DNA of 64,000 nt from Octopus vulgaris. Its lineage: Eukaryota. Positions within the stretch are counted from its first letter, which is position 1. Every line of letters starts with the position of its first letter. Made by a program: the position numbers and the translations under genes. Shown here one piece after another: positions 1 through 18,005 of the stretch. The stretch is from assembly GCA_951406725.2 (NCBI GenBank), contig OX597817.1, positions 57,226,001 through 57,290,000 on the forward strand. Direction: 5' to 3'. The notes under the pieces are model-generated. The model was not told the origin of the DNA and made no database searches. It worked only from the letters and a program-made list of their open reading frames with translations.

Positions 1-125
1 ACATTGATCTTTCACATAGATTACGGTGGTAGTGGTGGTGGCAGGAGGAGGGAGAAAATTTGTACATAATAGTTTCCCATACCCCACCCCATCAAAATTA
101 CTGCTGCTATTACTACTAATACAAC

Positions 126-156
<31 letters not shown>

Positions 157-859
157 AGTAGTAACAACAACAAAGCTTATTTAATAGGAAATTTTTTTTT
201 TTTAAATTTAATTTCAAAATTTCCTAACTTTGAAACCTTGTCAACCCTCCAAAAACAAAAGCGGAAAGTAAGTTTTCCACATAAGAAAGCCAAATGATAT
301 TTGCAACATTGCCTCAAGTCCTGAATCTTGCCTAAAATACAAGACCTCTCCTCTTTCTCACAGTAAACTCCTAAGCCATGTTGCAATCTGTGTTTCTTAC
401 CAAAACAGACCACCACTACTTGCTTCAGGTTTAATTGTTTCACAATATCAAAACTTTTCTCAGTTAACAACTGATGGAACCACTAAGTGGAGGCTTGAAA
501 CAGCAACCAAATCTCCCTCATATCACATCAAGTACCAGTTGAACACTGGAGTTGATGCAATCGACTAACACTCTCCCCTGAAATTGCTGGCCTTGTGCCT
601 ATAGTTGAAAGGGTTATTACCATCAAGCAAGCACTAACAGAAGTAAACTGAACCAGTTATTTCTTGTACACAGTTTCAATCCCCAGCCGTACACTAAGGA
701 CATCAGCAAACTAAATGTGAAGAAAGAGATCAACGTCACAACTTCATTTCCTTTGATTATAAATCTGATAGACGATAAATATTAATAGAGTACAGTGGAA
801 AAGGTGTGCTCCAGGTCTTTCAACAGTCAGCATTGACCTAGTGGCCTCTTGGATATGTA

Positions 860-1327
860 ATGGAAGGTGGGCAGTTCCAACAACCACCTGTAAGTATGAA
901 CTCAGATATGCAACGTCTGAAAATTTTCCTTGTGTTCTCCCAGAACAGGTAGTGTTTCTAAACACTTCTAGATAAACTCTCCAATGACGGAGGGCATGAA
1001 GAATAGATGCAAATATTTTGGCGCCCTCCGTCGTCAACCAGGAGAATTCATCTATGAAGCAATTGCCCCAGCTCCCCTTCAGGGTTGGTGAAAGCGATGT
1101 AGTGGACAATGAAAAACCTGGCTGATGACAGTCAAGGCTGATCTGGAACCCAACCTAGGCCCCCGTGTCTACGGTGTTTGCTGCTGGAATAAGGAGTGGT
1201 TGGAGATCACGCAGTTGTTAGCCTCAAATCGCCAGGTCTGGTCGGCGTTTGCGAGTGATGCAGCATTGAGGATGAATGAAGCCAGCTCAACCCACCCCGG
1301 GTGAATGCTGTCTCAAGACAAGACAAA
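860..1327 (+). mobile_element. RTE-clade LINE 3' fragment (degenerate ORF C-terminus plus (CAAGA)n tail)
   Basis: Plus frame reads ...ALRRQPGEFIYEAIAPAPLQGW*KRCSGQ*KTWLMTVKADLEPNLGPRVYGVCCWNKEWLEITQLLASNRQVWSAFASDAALRMNEASSTHPG*, matching RTE C-terminal motifs; short tandem tail follows the stop. Confidence 0.8.
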
Positions 1328-1339
1328 ACTCTCCAATCT

Positions 1340-1640
1340 AGTGGAAGCACATGACAATGGTTGAGACACTGCTTGCTCACGATCTGGCAATGAGGATTTC
1401 AATTCTGAAAAGAAGTGATGCAATGCGTTCTTTGAGCAAACCACTTCATTTCACACTATTCCAGCGCACTCAGGTGCAAATGAGTTCCAGCAACAGTTGG
1501 GAAGTTAAGCCTGCAGTGGACCAGCAACCCATACAGGTGGGGGATTGGGGGAGACTTATTAAAACCCCACAACATGGGAACATGGTTAACCTACAGGCTT
1601 ATGAGTCATTAGGACTATTGACAGACCCACCCCAAGGTAA
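1340..1640 (+). mobile_element. Old tRNA-derived SINE remnant
   Basis: Degenerate head (atggttgagacact...tttcaattc) followed by ttgagcaaaccacttcatttcac...cctgcagtggaccagcaacccatacagg, typical of conserved-core SINE bodies. Confidence 0.45.
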
Positions 1641-2139
1641 ACTGTCTGCAACCACTCAGACTAACTCAAATTACTGTGAATAAATACCTTTTAGCTTCGA
1701 GATTTCAACAACATGATCATTTCTAGAATAATATTACAGGGGAAGTGTGAGAAGCCAAATCTGGCCAGTTTGAAGATGAAAATGGGGATTATTTTGGTCA
1801 GATATGGTCAGTTTAAATGCTAAAGGGTCGAACAGTGTTTATGACCACTTGTGGGTATGTAAAGAGTTTTTATGACCACTTCTAGGTATGTACTCGAAGG
1901 TAAACAGTGTATGACTACTTGTAGATCTCAAATCCTCTTAAACCTTGCTAGGACAGCTACAATCAATCAGAACATACCAATGGGAAAAAGTATTCGCAAT
2001 AGAGACATAGTTAAATGATGAAGAAGATGAGCAACTGTGTCACCTGCAACTGCTCAATCTTGTTTACCTTTGTAATCCAAATGAGATAGTAAAAGGCTCA
2101 CCTGAGGGGAATGCTTTTTCAGTTTGGTTCACCCCACCT

Positions 2140-2490
2140 TTAAAAAGCACCATACAAATGTGGTTGATGCCAGTGCCACCTGACTGGTCCCATGCCATGG
2201 CATGTAAAAAGCACCATTCAAGCGTGGTCATTGTCAGAGCTGCCTGACTGGCTCTCGTGCTGGTGGCAAATAAAAACCACCATTCGAGAGTGGTCATTGC
2301 CAGTGCTGTCTCCTGACTGGCTCCCATGCCGGTGGCACATAAAAAGCACCCACTACTCTCAGAATGATTGACATCAGAAAGGGCATCCAACTGTAGAAAC
2401 CTTGCCAGATCAGATTGGAGCCTGGTGCAGCCTCCTGGCTTGCCAGTCCTCAGTCAAACCATCCAACCCATGCCAGCATGGAATGATGAT
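2140..2490 (+). mobile_element. SINE family B (internal ~60-bp subrepeats, RTE-like 3' end, (GAT)n tail)
   Basis: Shares aaaaagcacccactac...gggcatccagctgtagaaac...caacccatgccagcatggaa with many other copies in the window. Confidence 0.8.
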
Positions 2491-2555
2491 GAGATATTGG
2501 GTCTACTACTTCCAGCAATCGAAAAGAAAAAACCTCAAAAAACAATAATAAAATA

Positions 2556-2830
2556 ATTCAACCCTCTGATAGCAATACACTTGAGACTGCCCTAGTTTTA
2601 TGATCCAAAACCTCTTGTTTGATAGAATGCAATTTTAAATTAAAACCATCCAAGTGTCATTTCATAAAAATAAAAAAAAAACATCTTAAATATCATTTCA
2701 AACCAGCTTAAATAATGGCAGGGAAAAATAGCAATTTAACCAAATCCAACAAAAATCTTGATTATTTACAAAATTAATTAAAATATGTAGATTGTGTATT
2801 TCATTAGGGAAACGGTTACAATTAGGTTAA
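2556..2830. mobile_element. piggyBac-type MITE remnant
   Basis: ttcaaccct...aggttaa termini; related in end structure to 16714-16939. Confidence 0.45.
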
Positions 2831-2914
2831 ACTAAACATACACACATACATACACACACAGAACCATCTGCTTCACAGACTGACATAGTGAGAGAGAGAA
2901 GGAACATGTCTTAC

Positions 2915-3064
2915 TATGATAGTCTCTCTTTTATCCTTATGCCTGGCAAATACTGATAAAAATGACAGCTTGATGCTTTGTAGAGGCAGGAGGTCTGATA
3001 AGAACAAACTATGTCTGGGTTTCTCACTGTACTTGTCAAGCATCATATTTACTCCACACAGCAT
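2915..3064 (-). CDS. Candidate alternative first coding exon (MLCGVNMMLDKYSEKPRHSLFLSDLLPLQSIKLSFLSVFARHKDKRETII, phase 0)
   Basis: In-frame ATGs at 3064, 3046 and 3043; donor ATA|GTAAGA at 2915/2914; same phase as the 52140 exon; unique UTR-like sequence upstream (3190-3400). Confidence 0.35.
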
Positions 3065-3699
3065 AATCACATTCAATTTTTTATTAATTTAAATTTCATA
3101 TTTATCTCCCTTAGTTTCTTAACAATTAAATCATTCCATTTTTAATTAAATCACAACAAAATTGAAGGAGGAAGATAAAGTGGGGAGTTTACTGGAGAAA
3201 GGTGAACAGTAGTTTGGGCCAGACATTACAGTGTTTGATTGAGAGAAACACAGTGAGGCAGTGACTGGGGTAACGAGCAACAGCGTGTGCATGCAGGTGT
3301 GTGTGTGTGTGTGTGAATCTTCTGTAAACAGAATATCTAAGACTCACCCTCAAACTATTAACAAACATACAAGTTGTCACTGATAAGACCTTTCACTAAA
3401 ACATCAACTGGAATTTTATCTGTAAAATACATTTGGCTTACTCAAAATGCTTCAAAGGCCCAGAAAAGGTTTTAAGGGTTGGTTGAGAGCAAATTTTAAT
3501 TAAGGAAGACTTCAAGAACAAGCATGAAACCTCCCACCCAATAATAATAATAATAATTTGAAATGCTATGAACAGAAAATAACCTATTGAATAACATGGA
3601 CTAGAGAAGAAAATTGCCAAATCAGCTGATATATACATATATCAGCTGTTAACCGAAAGGTTAGTGGTTCATGCCCACCCAGGGATGATTTACTTTATA

Positions 3700-4110
3700 G
3701 ATGCAGGTATGGATGTGTGGTTAAGAGACTTGTTTGGCAACCATATGGTTTCATGTTCAGTCCCACTGCGCAGTACCCTGGGCAAATGCCTTCTACTATA
3801 GACCCTGGGTCAACCAATGCCTTGTAAATGAATTTGGTAAATGGAAACTTTGTGGAAGCCTGTCATGTGTGTATATATGGGTATGTTTGTGTTTGTCCTA
3901 CCACAACTGCTTCGCATCCAATGTTGGTTTGTTTACATCCTAACATAACAGTTTGGCAAAAGAGACCAAGAAGTACCAGACTTTAAAAAAGAAAAAAAAA
4001 GTATAAGTACAGAGGGGAGGGGGTATGGGGGAGGTCAATTTGTTTGACTAAAACCTTCAAGGCAGTGCCCCAGCTTGACCGCTGTCCAGCGACTGAAATA
4101 AGTAAAGAAG
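3700..4110 (+). mobile_element. tRNA-derived SINE family C
   Basis: gtggttaag...ttcagtcccactgc...ctgggcaaatgccttctactatag...atttggtaaatggaaact, an internal microsatellite and the tail ...gactgaaataagtaaag; homologous to 39167-39612. Confidence 0.8.
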
Positions 4111-5825
4111 AAATCACAAAAATGTGGGTTTGATTATTTCCGTCCAGTGTTTTCACCGTCCTAACTAGTAATGGGGTTTGAATGTGGTGGTCAGTTAAAA
4201 TATCAGAGGTCAGCTAACAGTGTTGTCGGGTCAAGCAAGAAAGACAACTCTGGATGATAATAATAATATTCAAAATATTATTCAGCTTTATTAGCGGAAG
4301 TATAGTGTTCACCATTGCTCCCTGGCACGGTTACAACTAGCTTACTATGGAAAGAGACATTCATAATACATACATACATAGAGTGTGTGTGTATTATGAT
4401 GTGAGATTAATTGATAATTTAATCATGAATGACCTCCTTGCTTATGTGTCTGATGTCAAGTGAATAATTCAATGACACATCAATGACCTATCGTAGGCAA
4501 TACAGACACACACTTAAATATATACACACAGACACACGGGGAGGGGGAGATAATGTAATATGTATATTTGTAAAAGGAAATACAATAAAGTATCCACTAA
4601 CGAGTAATTAGTACAACAACAACAAAGCAAATGCAAAAAAAAAAATCAATAAGAATTATTTGGCTGGTAACAAAGTGTGTGTGTGTGTGTGTGAGAGAGA
4701 AGAGAGAGAGGAGGGTGCGTATAAGAGGCTGCACTACAGATAGCACACACATCCCAAAGCAGCTAGGATGAGAATGCTGACGATCTGATAAGAGAGAGAA
4801 TTTCAAGATGCTTGTTGTTGAACAGGAAATAATGGAACTGACTTAGAAAAATAAAATTTCAGCTTCACAAGACAGGTGATGAAGAGGGGGGGTGGCGGAG
4901 TGAGGAAGAGGTGGGGGAGGCAGCTGCAATGACAGCAGTGATGAGGCATGAGGAATAATAGAGAAACAAAACACACACACGCACACACACTCGAGTGAAA
5001 TATCAATTTTCTCTGACATCTTTGCATGCCAGTAATGTGAATCACACAACAGTCTTTCTAAGCAAGCAACAGAGTGATTTCAACTTGTGTCAGGGCTGGC
5101 TTCAGCTCTGCCACGATTCCTTTCTCACTAAATATCACAGTTTAAAAAAAAAAAAAAACACAAACGATGTACTTAACTATACTGATTATCTGCAGAGGGT
5201 AGACTATTATGAAATTAATAAGCGGTGTTTGGTTTTATATGTAAACAGTAGTTGGACTAATAAAAGGGAGTAGAAATAATGCTGCAGGAGTTTAATGATG
5301 CAAATTATTGGAGATGCTTCAACGCAATAAAAATGTTTTTTTTGTTTTGCTTTTTGCCGAAGATGATAAGAAACGATAAAGTGTTTCAACTTGCTGGGAA
5401 TGTTATGAGGAAAATCAATTTTAAAGATGAGAAATTTTAAGAGAAATACATAGAAACCATTCCATTGGAATACGATGTTCTCCGCCCTTAGATTGTAAGA
5501 GTTAACAAAAGGGAGACCAGCTCGTTAAATAGAGAGTATTTACGAGGGGGGGGGGAGATTAGGAGGAGAAAGGGGATAAAAGGGGTGAAAGAAAAATATG
5601 AGAGAGAGAGAGAGAGATGTTACAAGTTATGGGATGGGGATAGATTCATAATAGCTAGTAGCACCAAAAGGATCTTTATTATAATGATTAAAAATTCTTC
5701 AGACTCTGCAATAACCACCTTGCAAGGGAGTAAACAGCAGTAGGACGGTGGTGGTGGTGGTGAGTGGTGAGGGCGATGATGAAAGACAGCAAATACGAAG
5801 AGCAAAAGGAGGGAGAAACACACAC

Positions 5826-11478
<5,653 letters not shown>

Positions 11479-12284
11479 GTGTACAGATAGGGAGTGAGAT
11501 ATAGATAGAGAGCTAAGAAAGAATCAATAGATACATACGTAAGATCAAAGCAGGGAAGGGGTTTATAGAACAGCAGGAATGGAAGCCTTTTGTAATGGGA
11601 ACATAGTGACACAAGAAAAGATTTTCATGGTAGACTGAGGTAGACATAACCAACATATGAGAAAGAGAGAGAGAGAAGGAGAGAAGATGCAAGCAACCAG
11701 CACAGCCAATACCATGATTCATCAGGTGTCGCATTACTTGCACTAATAGCAGTTGTTGTTGTTGTTGTTGCTGCCTGTAGTTCTTTGAGCAAAACTGCGT
11801 TATTAATGAAATTAAAAAAAAAGAATTTGGAAAAAAAAAAACATTTAGCGACAAGTAGATTATAGTTGTCAGTTAATGACAGGACCCAGACCATGGGTAG
11901 AGCAGACGGGGAAGGGCTAACCCGAGTTTGATGCTAATGCCACCAGACTTGGAATTACAGCCAAGATCAAAATGCTTCAATCAATATCATTACTATTGCT
12001 GTTGTCATTGTAACAAAGCAGCCTGATATACATGATAGGACATCAGAGCAAAATAATATTTAATATCAACCAATGACAAATATTATTCTTTCCTCATCGC
12101 ATAATTTTGTTTTCTTACTGGTTAGTTTTTTTTTTTTTTCTTTCTTTCTTTCTTTTATGCTCCATACATTAAGTATATTGACATTAACTTAACTATTGTT
12201 TTATCATGCAGATGGCATCTACGAGTAATTTATTCTTTGGAAATTTTTCTTCGCCAACCAACAAATAATTCCATACATTTATTA

Positions 12285-12500
12285 AGGCTGTGAATCGGCA
12301 GAATTATTGAAATACCAGTGAAAAAGATGCTCTGCAATATTTCTTGACTCATTAGGTCCTGGGTTCAAATTCCATCAAGGCTGACTTTCCTTTCATCCTT
12401 CTGGGGCTGATAAAAGAAGTACCAATCAAATGGTGGGGTCAATAGAATGAACTTACCCCACCTCCCTCAAAAACTGCTGGCCTTGAGCAAAATTAGAAAA
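12285..12500 (+). mobile_element. SINE family A, diverged copy
   Basis: ggcagaat...gggttcaaattcc...gactttcctttcatccttctggggctgataaaagaagtacca core. Confidence 0.75.
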
Positions 12501-13759
12501 AATACTGTACATTTACATAGTGATTTCCTCACCCCTACTTCAATAAGTATCATGAATTCTATATTTCACTGATGAGGTAATAAGACTGAAACATGACCAA
12601 AGTTGTTTCCCATGCTTGCTCAAGAATCAAGATAGTCTTAGTCACTGTCTAACATTTTATTCAGGTTTTTAATGTTCTATGTTGTAATAAACATTAACAA
12701 ATAACATGTCTTACATTTCTACTTTTAAATGTGGTTTAGCCCACAAGTTAGACCTGAACAAAAACTATGACAACAGACACTCCAGCCTTAACTACCTTAA
12801 ATAAAAAAAGATCCTCTACACACTAACAACCTGCTAGATATAGCAGTCAAATCCCCCATCAATCTTACAGCTTGCATATAAATTGCACCAGAAGGTTGGA
12901 TATTATTTTTCAACCCTCAACAGTTAAAACAGAATCAATTTCACTTTCACTGTTCCAATTGAAATAAATTACCAATTAAGCATTCACTATACATATACAC
13001 CTCTATTAAACTGAAAGTACCAGTTATACACGAGTTAAACATACACACACACACACACACACACACATTCCTATTAAACTACAAGTGCCAGTTATGTGTA
13101 TTTATATAACCCAATTAAGGTATAATTATTTAACAATAATAAAATAAAACAAGCAACAGAACGACAGAATATGAGAATTTCATAATCAAATTCTGCCAGA
13201 ACTGTCCGTTTTAATTTTTCCTGGGTCAAGAAAATGAGTACCAGTAGCATACTGGTGTCACTTCCCTCAACTACAACCTTCCCTATAAATTTGAGAGCCT
13301 TGTGTAAAAGTTAAAAATCAATATTTATATAAATATACATATATATATACATACATACACACACACACATGAGGCTGTATGCCAAAGTTACAAATCAATA
13401 TTATATAGAAATGGACCAAAGAACGTAGAATTAAAGCAGACAGCAGCAACGTAGATGTTTTATGGTGTATCGTTATTGGTGTGGTGAGGAAGGAAGAGAA
13501 CCCGCAATACTGTCAGGTCATCTTAGACTGAGCTGAGCTAATGTGAACAACAAGACGAGGTCAGTGTGTGACCTCACCTTACTATTTATTACCTAAACAC
13601 ATGGCAGAAGAAAAAAGAAGAAAAATATTAAAAAAAAGGCTGGGAAGTGAGATTCCAGAGTGATGTGTGTTCCAGAGTGATGTGCGGGGGAGGGAATCTA
13701 AGATGGGGTTGAAACTGAGAATGGTGGAAGAGAAGAACTAAATATATCTCATAGGTTTT

Positions 13760-13790
<31 letters not shown>

Positions 13791-13914
13791 GAGGGAAAAG
13801 ATGACAAGCTGAAGAGCCACTTGACGTGGTGGAAGAAGAGTTAACAGATCCATATGCATCCAAAATTACAGTCAAAATAACAACTGTTCCATCAAAATAC
13901 CTGAAACAATAGTT

Positions 13915-14115
13915 TCGAATTTTGGCACAGGGCCAGCAATTTTAGGGGAGGGGAGTAAGTCGATTAAATTGACCCCAGTGCTCAACTGGTACTTGTGATA
14001 TCAACTGCCAAAAGGGATGAAAGGTAAAAGTCAGCCTCAGTGGGATTTGAACTCGGAATGCTGAGCAAAATGCTGCTAAGCATTTTGTCCATCTTGACCT
14101 TCTAACGTTTCTGCA
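13915..14115 (-). mobile_element. SINE family A copy
   Basis: Reverse of the family A core (gaccccagtgctcaactggtactt...ggatgaaagg...atttgaactc). Confidence 0.75.
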
Positions 14116-14309
14116 ATGCAACGATAATCTGTTTATATTACATTCTATGCAACAAATACTAACATTTGTCAGTTATATTATAATCCAGATAACCCATACT
14201 AACACTAGCCTCTTACAACATCATAATCCAGATAACTTAACATTAATCAGTTTATAACCCATACAACATATCCTAACATTTATTAGTTATATTATAACCC
14301 AAATAACCT

Positions 14310-14525
14310 CGTTAACTCTGCCTTTGCAAAGGTGGAGGTATTGTTTTCAGTCGTGTTTGTTTGTCTGTGGACAAGATATCTCGAGAACTGTAGAATGGAT
14401 TTAGATGAAACTTTCAGGGATGTTTGGCCTTGTGACTGGCATGAACTGATTAGATTTTGGGATCAATCCAGTACTAGACAAGGATTCTGGATTGTTTTTC
14501 CTGCTTTTTTTTTTACTTAATTTTT
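14310..14525 (+). mobile_element. DINE-1/HINE-like (Helentron-associated) non-autonomous element, 5' part
   Basis: Subterminal hairpin ctctgcctttgcaaaggtggag, followed by (TGTT/TCTG) microsatellite and ...gatgaaactttcaggg...gattagattttgggatc. Confidence 0.5.
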
Positions 14526-15269
14526 GAGAAATTAAATAGAAATAACAGAATAATTCAACCATAATTTCAAAAGAGAATAAATGCATGAAAGCACTAAATA
14601 CCAAGTTTATACAGATGGTTGTACGTACATATGTACGTATGAGCATACATATGCATATATGCGTATATGAATTTATGCATGTGTACATGTGCATCTGTGT
14701 ATTCATCTGCAAGTGTTAAAGTTCTGACATTCCTATCTAAATATTTTAATGATAAATAACAAACATGTTCTAACGTAACAAATATGTTGTTCTCTCCTAA
14801 CTCCCATAAAAGCCCCATAACGCATGCCGCCCACTCCATCTCACACAGCAGCAACCAATCCACTGTTTTACATGCAATGACCCCAAAATCATTACTGCAA
14901 AATTCCCTCTTCTGTGTCACACCGGGAGACAGAGGCTAGCCTATATCAATACATCCCATAAGCTACCCCGTATCACAATCTCACGCAAGACACCCCATTG
15001 CAGTAATTCGGGTTACCACACCTATATCGCTATATACACAGAGATAAAGAGAGAGAAGCCAAGAGCAAAAGATGTCCATGCTAGTCATAAATTCAAAAGG
15101 AGACAAGATATAGTTGGAATATTGTGAAATTGTAATTAGAAAAGAGGGGGAGTGCAAGGAGAAAAGGTAGAGAGGGAGTGCAATAATGGGAAAGGGATTG
15201 GATACTATAGAGTATAAGGCAGTGATCCAGCATGACCACAATCCCATGACTGAAACCACAAAAAGAATA

Positions 15270-15740
15270 TCATCATCATCGTTTAACGTCCGTTTTCCAT
15301 GCTAGCATGGGTTGGACAGTTTGACAGGGTCTGGGAAGCCAGGAAGCTGCACCAGGCTCCAGTCTGATCTGGCAGTGTTTCTACAACTGGATGCCCTTCC
15401 TAATGCCAACCACTCCGTGAGTGTAGTGGGTGCTTTTTACATGCCACCAGCACAGCTGTCAGGGGGGGCTGGCAACAGCCACGATCAGTTGGAGCTTTCT
15501 ACATGCCACCGGCACAGAAGCCAGTCAATGTGGCGCTGGCATCAGCCATGTTCGGATGGTGCTTTTTATGTGCCACAACTACAATTTCCATTTGATTTTT
15601 TGATGCTGATGTACTTGACTCAATAGGTTTCCTCAAGCACAGCAGGTCGCCCTACGATCCAAGATAAGTACAGCAGGCCGTCCTGCGATTCAAGGCACTT
15701 TGGATGGGCTGGGGCTTCTATGTGAAGCTGGTGCAGGAAA
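15270..15740 (-). mobile_element. SINE family B copy
   Basis: catcatcatcgtttaacgtccgttttccatgctagcatgggttggac... with repeated ggtgctttttacatgccacc units. Confidence 0.85.
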
Positions 15741-15816
15741 CAGCCATACCACACCTGAAGGTAGTGTAAGGTACAGGTGAACAAGAGAGAAGTATCAGGA
15801 CAGATACTACAGCTCA

Positions 15817-15878
15817 GTCAATAGGTGAGCCTCATGTCAACAGGTGAGCCTCATGTCAACAGGTGAGCCTCATGTCAT
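15817..15878. repeat. 19-bp tandem repeat x3 (caggtgagcctcatgtcaa)
   Basis: Direct inspection. Confidence 0.9.
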
Positions 15879-16713
15879 CCCTTGGTTTGTTAGAAAAAGA
15901 GGTTAAATACCCCACATAGGTACAAGTTGGATAAGAAGCTTAATTTCTAACCATGCGGTCTTGGGCTCAGTTCCATTGCATGGTGTCTTCTATATATACC
16001 TACAGGTTGACCAAAGCTTGTAAGTAGATCTGATAGATGGAAACTGAAAGAAGCCCATCACACACACACGTGTGTATGTACATGTTTGTCTAGACATCAC
16101 TTGATAGCTGTATATGAGCATCGCTGTCATACAAGTGAGGTTGCACAAACTCCAGTCTTCGATGGAAAATATGTTCAGTCATGGGGAAATATCACCTTGC
16201 TTGGAAACAGGTGAGGGTTGTGGACAGGAAGAGCACCCAGCTGGAGAAAAATCTGCCTCAACAAATCCCATCTGACCCAGGCAAGCATGGACAAGTAAAC
16301 ATTAAATGATGATGATAATGATTGGACACAGAATTATTTGAGGGAACAATTTTACAGCTGGACACTCTTCTCTTTGCCAATTCTTTATAGTTTTCCAAGA
16401 AAGGGATTTCTTTCTTCCAAAGGTCTCTGAAAGAGCAGAGCAATTGGTCACAATGTCAACATCTCTACTCAAACAGAGACAAATGTAGACTACCAGCATT
16501 GAAGCAGATTCACAAATTTGCTCAGTCAGGACTGACATGAAACAACAACCAACCAACCAACCAACCTGACATTTGGAGGAAATCAACTTCCAAAGATAAA
16601 CTGATCTCAGGTTCAAATCCCACTATAATCAACTTTGCCATCTTCCTTCAATAAATAAATTTATGGCAAAATGACAGAGAAAGAACCTACTGGAAACAGC
16701 AGCCAAATGTCAC

Positions 16714-16939
16714 TTAATCCCATTCAATACCAACCCAGCTGAACCCACCTCTGGCTCTGTAGTACAAATGTCTTGTTTTCATAAGTTTTGAATTAAAATC
16801 TTCCACCAAACCTTAGTCACAATTTATGTTCCTAACACTAGCTGAATGATAAGTTATTTTACTAAATTATTTGTTATATTTAAAGTAATTGAAAGAAACA
16901 CAGAGCATCTCAAAATAAATACAGTAACAAAAGAGTTAA
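16714..16939. mobile_element. piggyBac-type MITE inserted into a family D element
   Basis: TTAA at both ends (16714-17, 16936-39); the host sequence gaaacagcagccaaatgtcac|TTAA|atcacatacc resumes after it. Confidence 0.7.
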
Positions 16940-17499
16940 ATCACATACCATCATCTTTAAAAACATAAAAATTGAGTACATTGGACAATGCAATCTATGA
17001 AGGTCATGGCTGGAATGCTTCTGATTGGGGTTAATCTGGAGCTAAGTAACAAAATTGCAGTTTAATTAAACGATACAGTATTTACTCCATTCACTATGAA
17101 GTCATCCTGTGGCCTTACTTCTACCCACCCACACATGACCATCATGTAAACATGGATTTAACTTATAACAACCAAAGTGTAAGCTAATTCCATATACCAT
17201 ATTTAATGAGTGCAGCCCTGCATTAACTATCATATCCCAATCTTTCCTCTCCATAGCATCAATCCCTCTGGAAATCTTCTCCCTGCTAGTGTTCAACATG
17301 CAACAGTTTAAATACAGGACCAATAACAACACCAAGCTCACCACTCTCAGAGAGTCTGCAAAATGTCATGGCCACTGCCCCTTCCTCTGCACTCAGGAAA
17401 TGGAAAAAAAACTACAACATCGTCACAAATACAATGCACTCCCACAACTTTTGCACTTAAAAACTAGTAATATGTATTATCTTTTTTATGTTTACACTG

Positions 17500-18005
17500 A
17501 AGTGAGCTGTGTGGCTGCGAAGCTTGCTTCCCAACCATGTGATCCTGGGTTCAGTCCCAGTGTGTAGCACCCTGGGCAAATGTCTTCTGCTATGACCATG
17601 GGTTGACCAAGGTCATGTGAGTGGAATGGATATGATAGACAGAAACTGAAAGAAGCCTGTACTATATATATATATATATATATATATGCAGGCAGGCGCA
17701 TACACATATCCACACATGCACACACACTCATGCACATACATGCACGCACACTCAGGTATGCATTTGCACGTATTTGCTTGCGAGTACCCTTGTCAAGATA
17801 TCACACAATGGTTGTAAATGAGCATCCCCAGCCTGCAAGTGAGCTCGTTTGTTTCCAGTCTCCCATGAAAAGCATGTCTGACCAGGAGCAAATAGCTTCC
17901 TTAGAAACAGCAAGGATTTGGTAACAGGAAGGACATCTGGTCGCAGAAAAACTTCAAGAAGTTCAATCTGACCCAGGCAAGCATGGAAAAATGGTTGTGA
18001 AATGA
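17500..18005 (+). mobile_element. SINE family C variant with RTE-like tail
   Basis: Head ctgtgtgg...gggttcagtccc...gggcaaatgtcttctgctat...gaaactgaaagaagcc; tail gacccaggcaagcatggaaaa; similar copies at 15925-16320 and 28070-28465. Confidence 0.75.

Noticed and set aside
177-470. 97-aa minus-strand ORF with an internal GTAAGA donor
   Set aside because: No ATG start, weak acceptor adjacent to a repeat, no recognisable domain.
744-1109. 121-aa minus-strand ORF
   Set aside because: Antisense to a recognisable plus-strand RTE fragment.
14622-14639. 18-bp perfect palindrome tacgtacatatgtacgta
   Set aside because: Expected in degenerate alternating purine-pyrimidine microsatellite.
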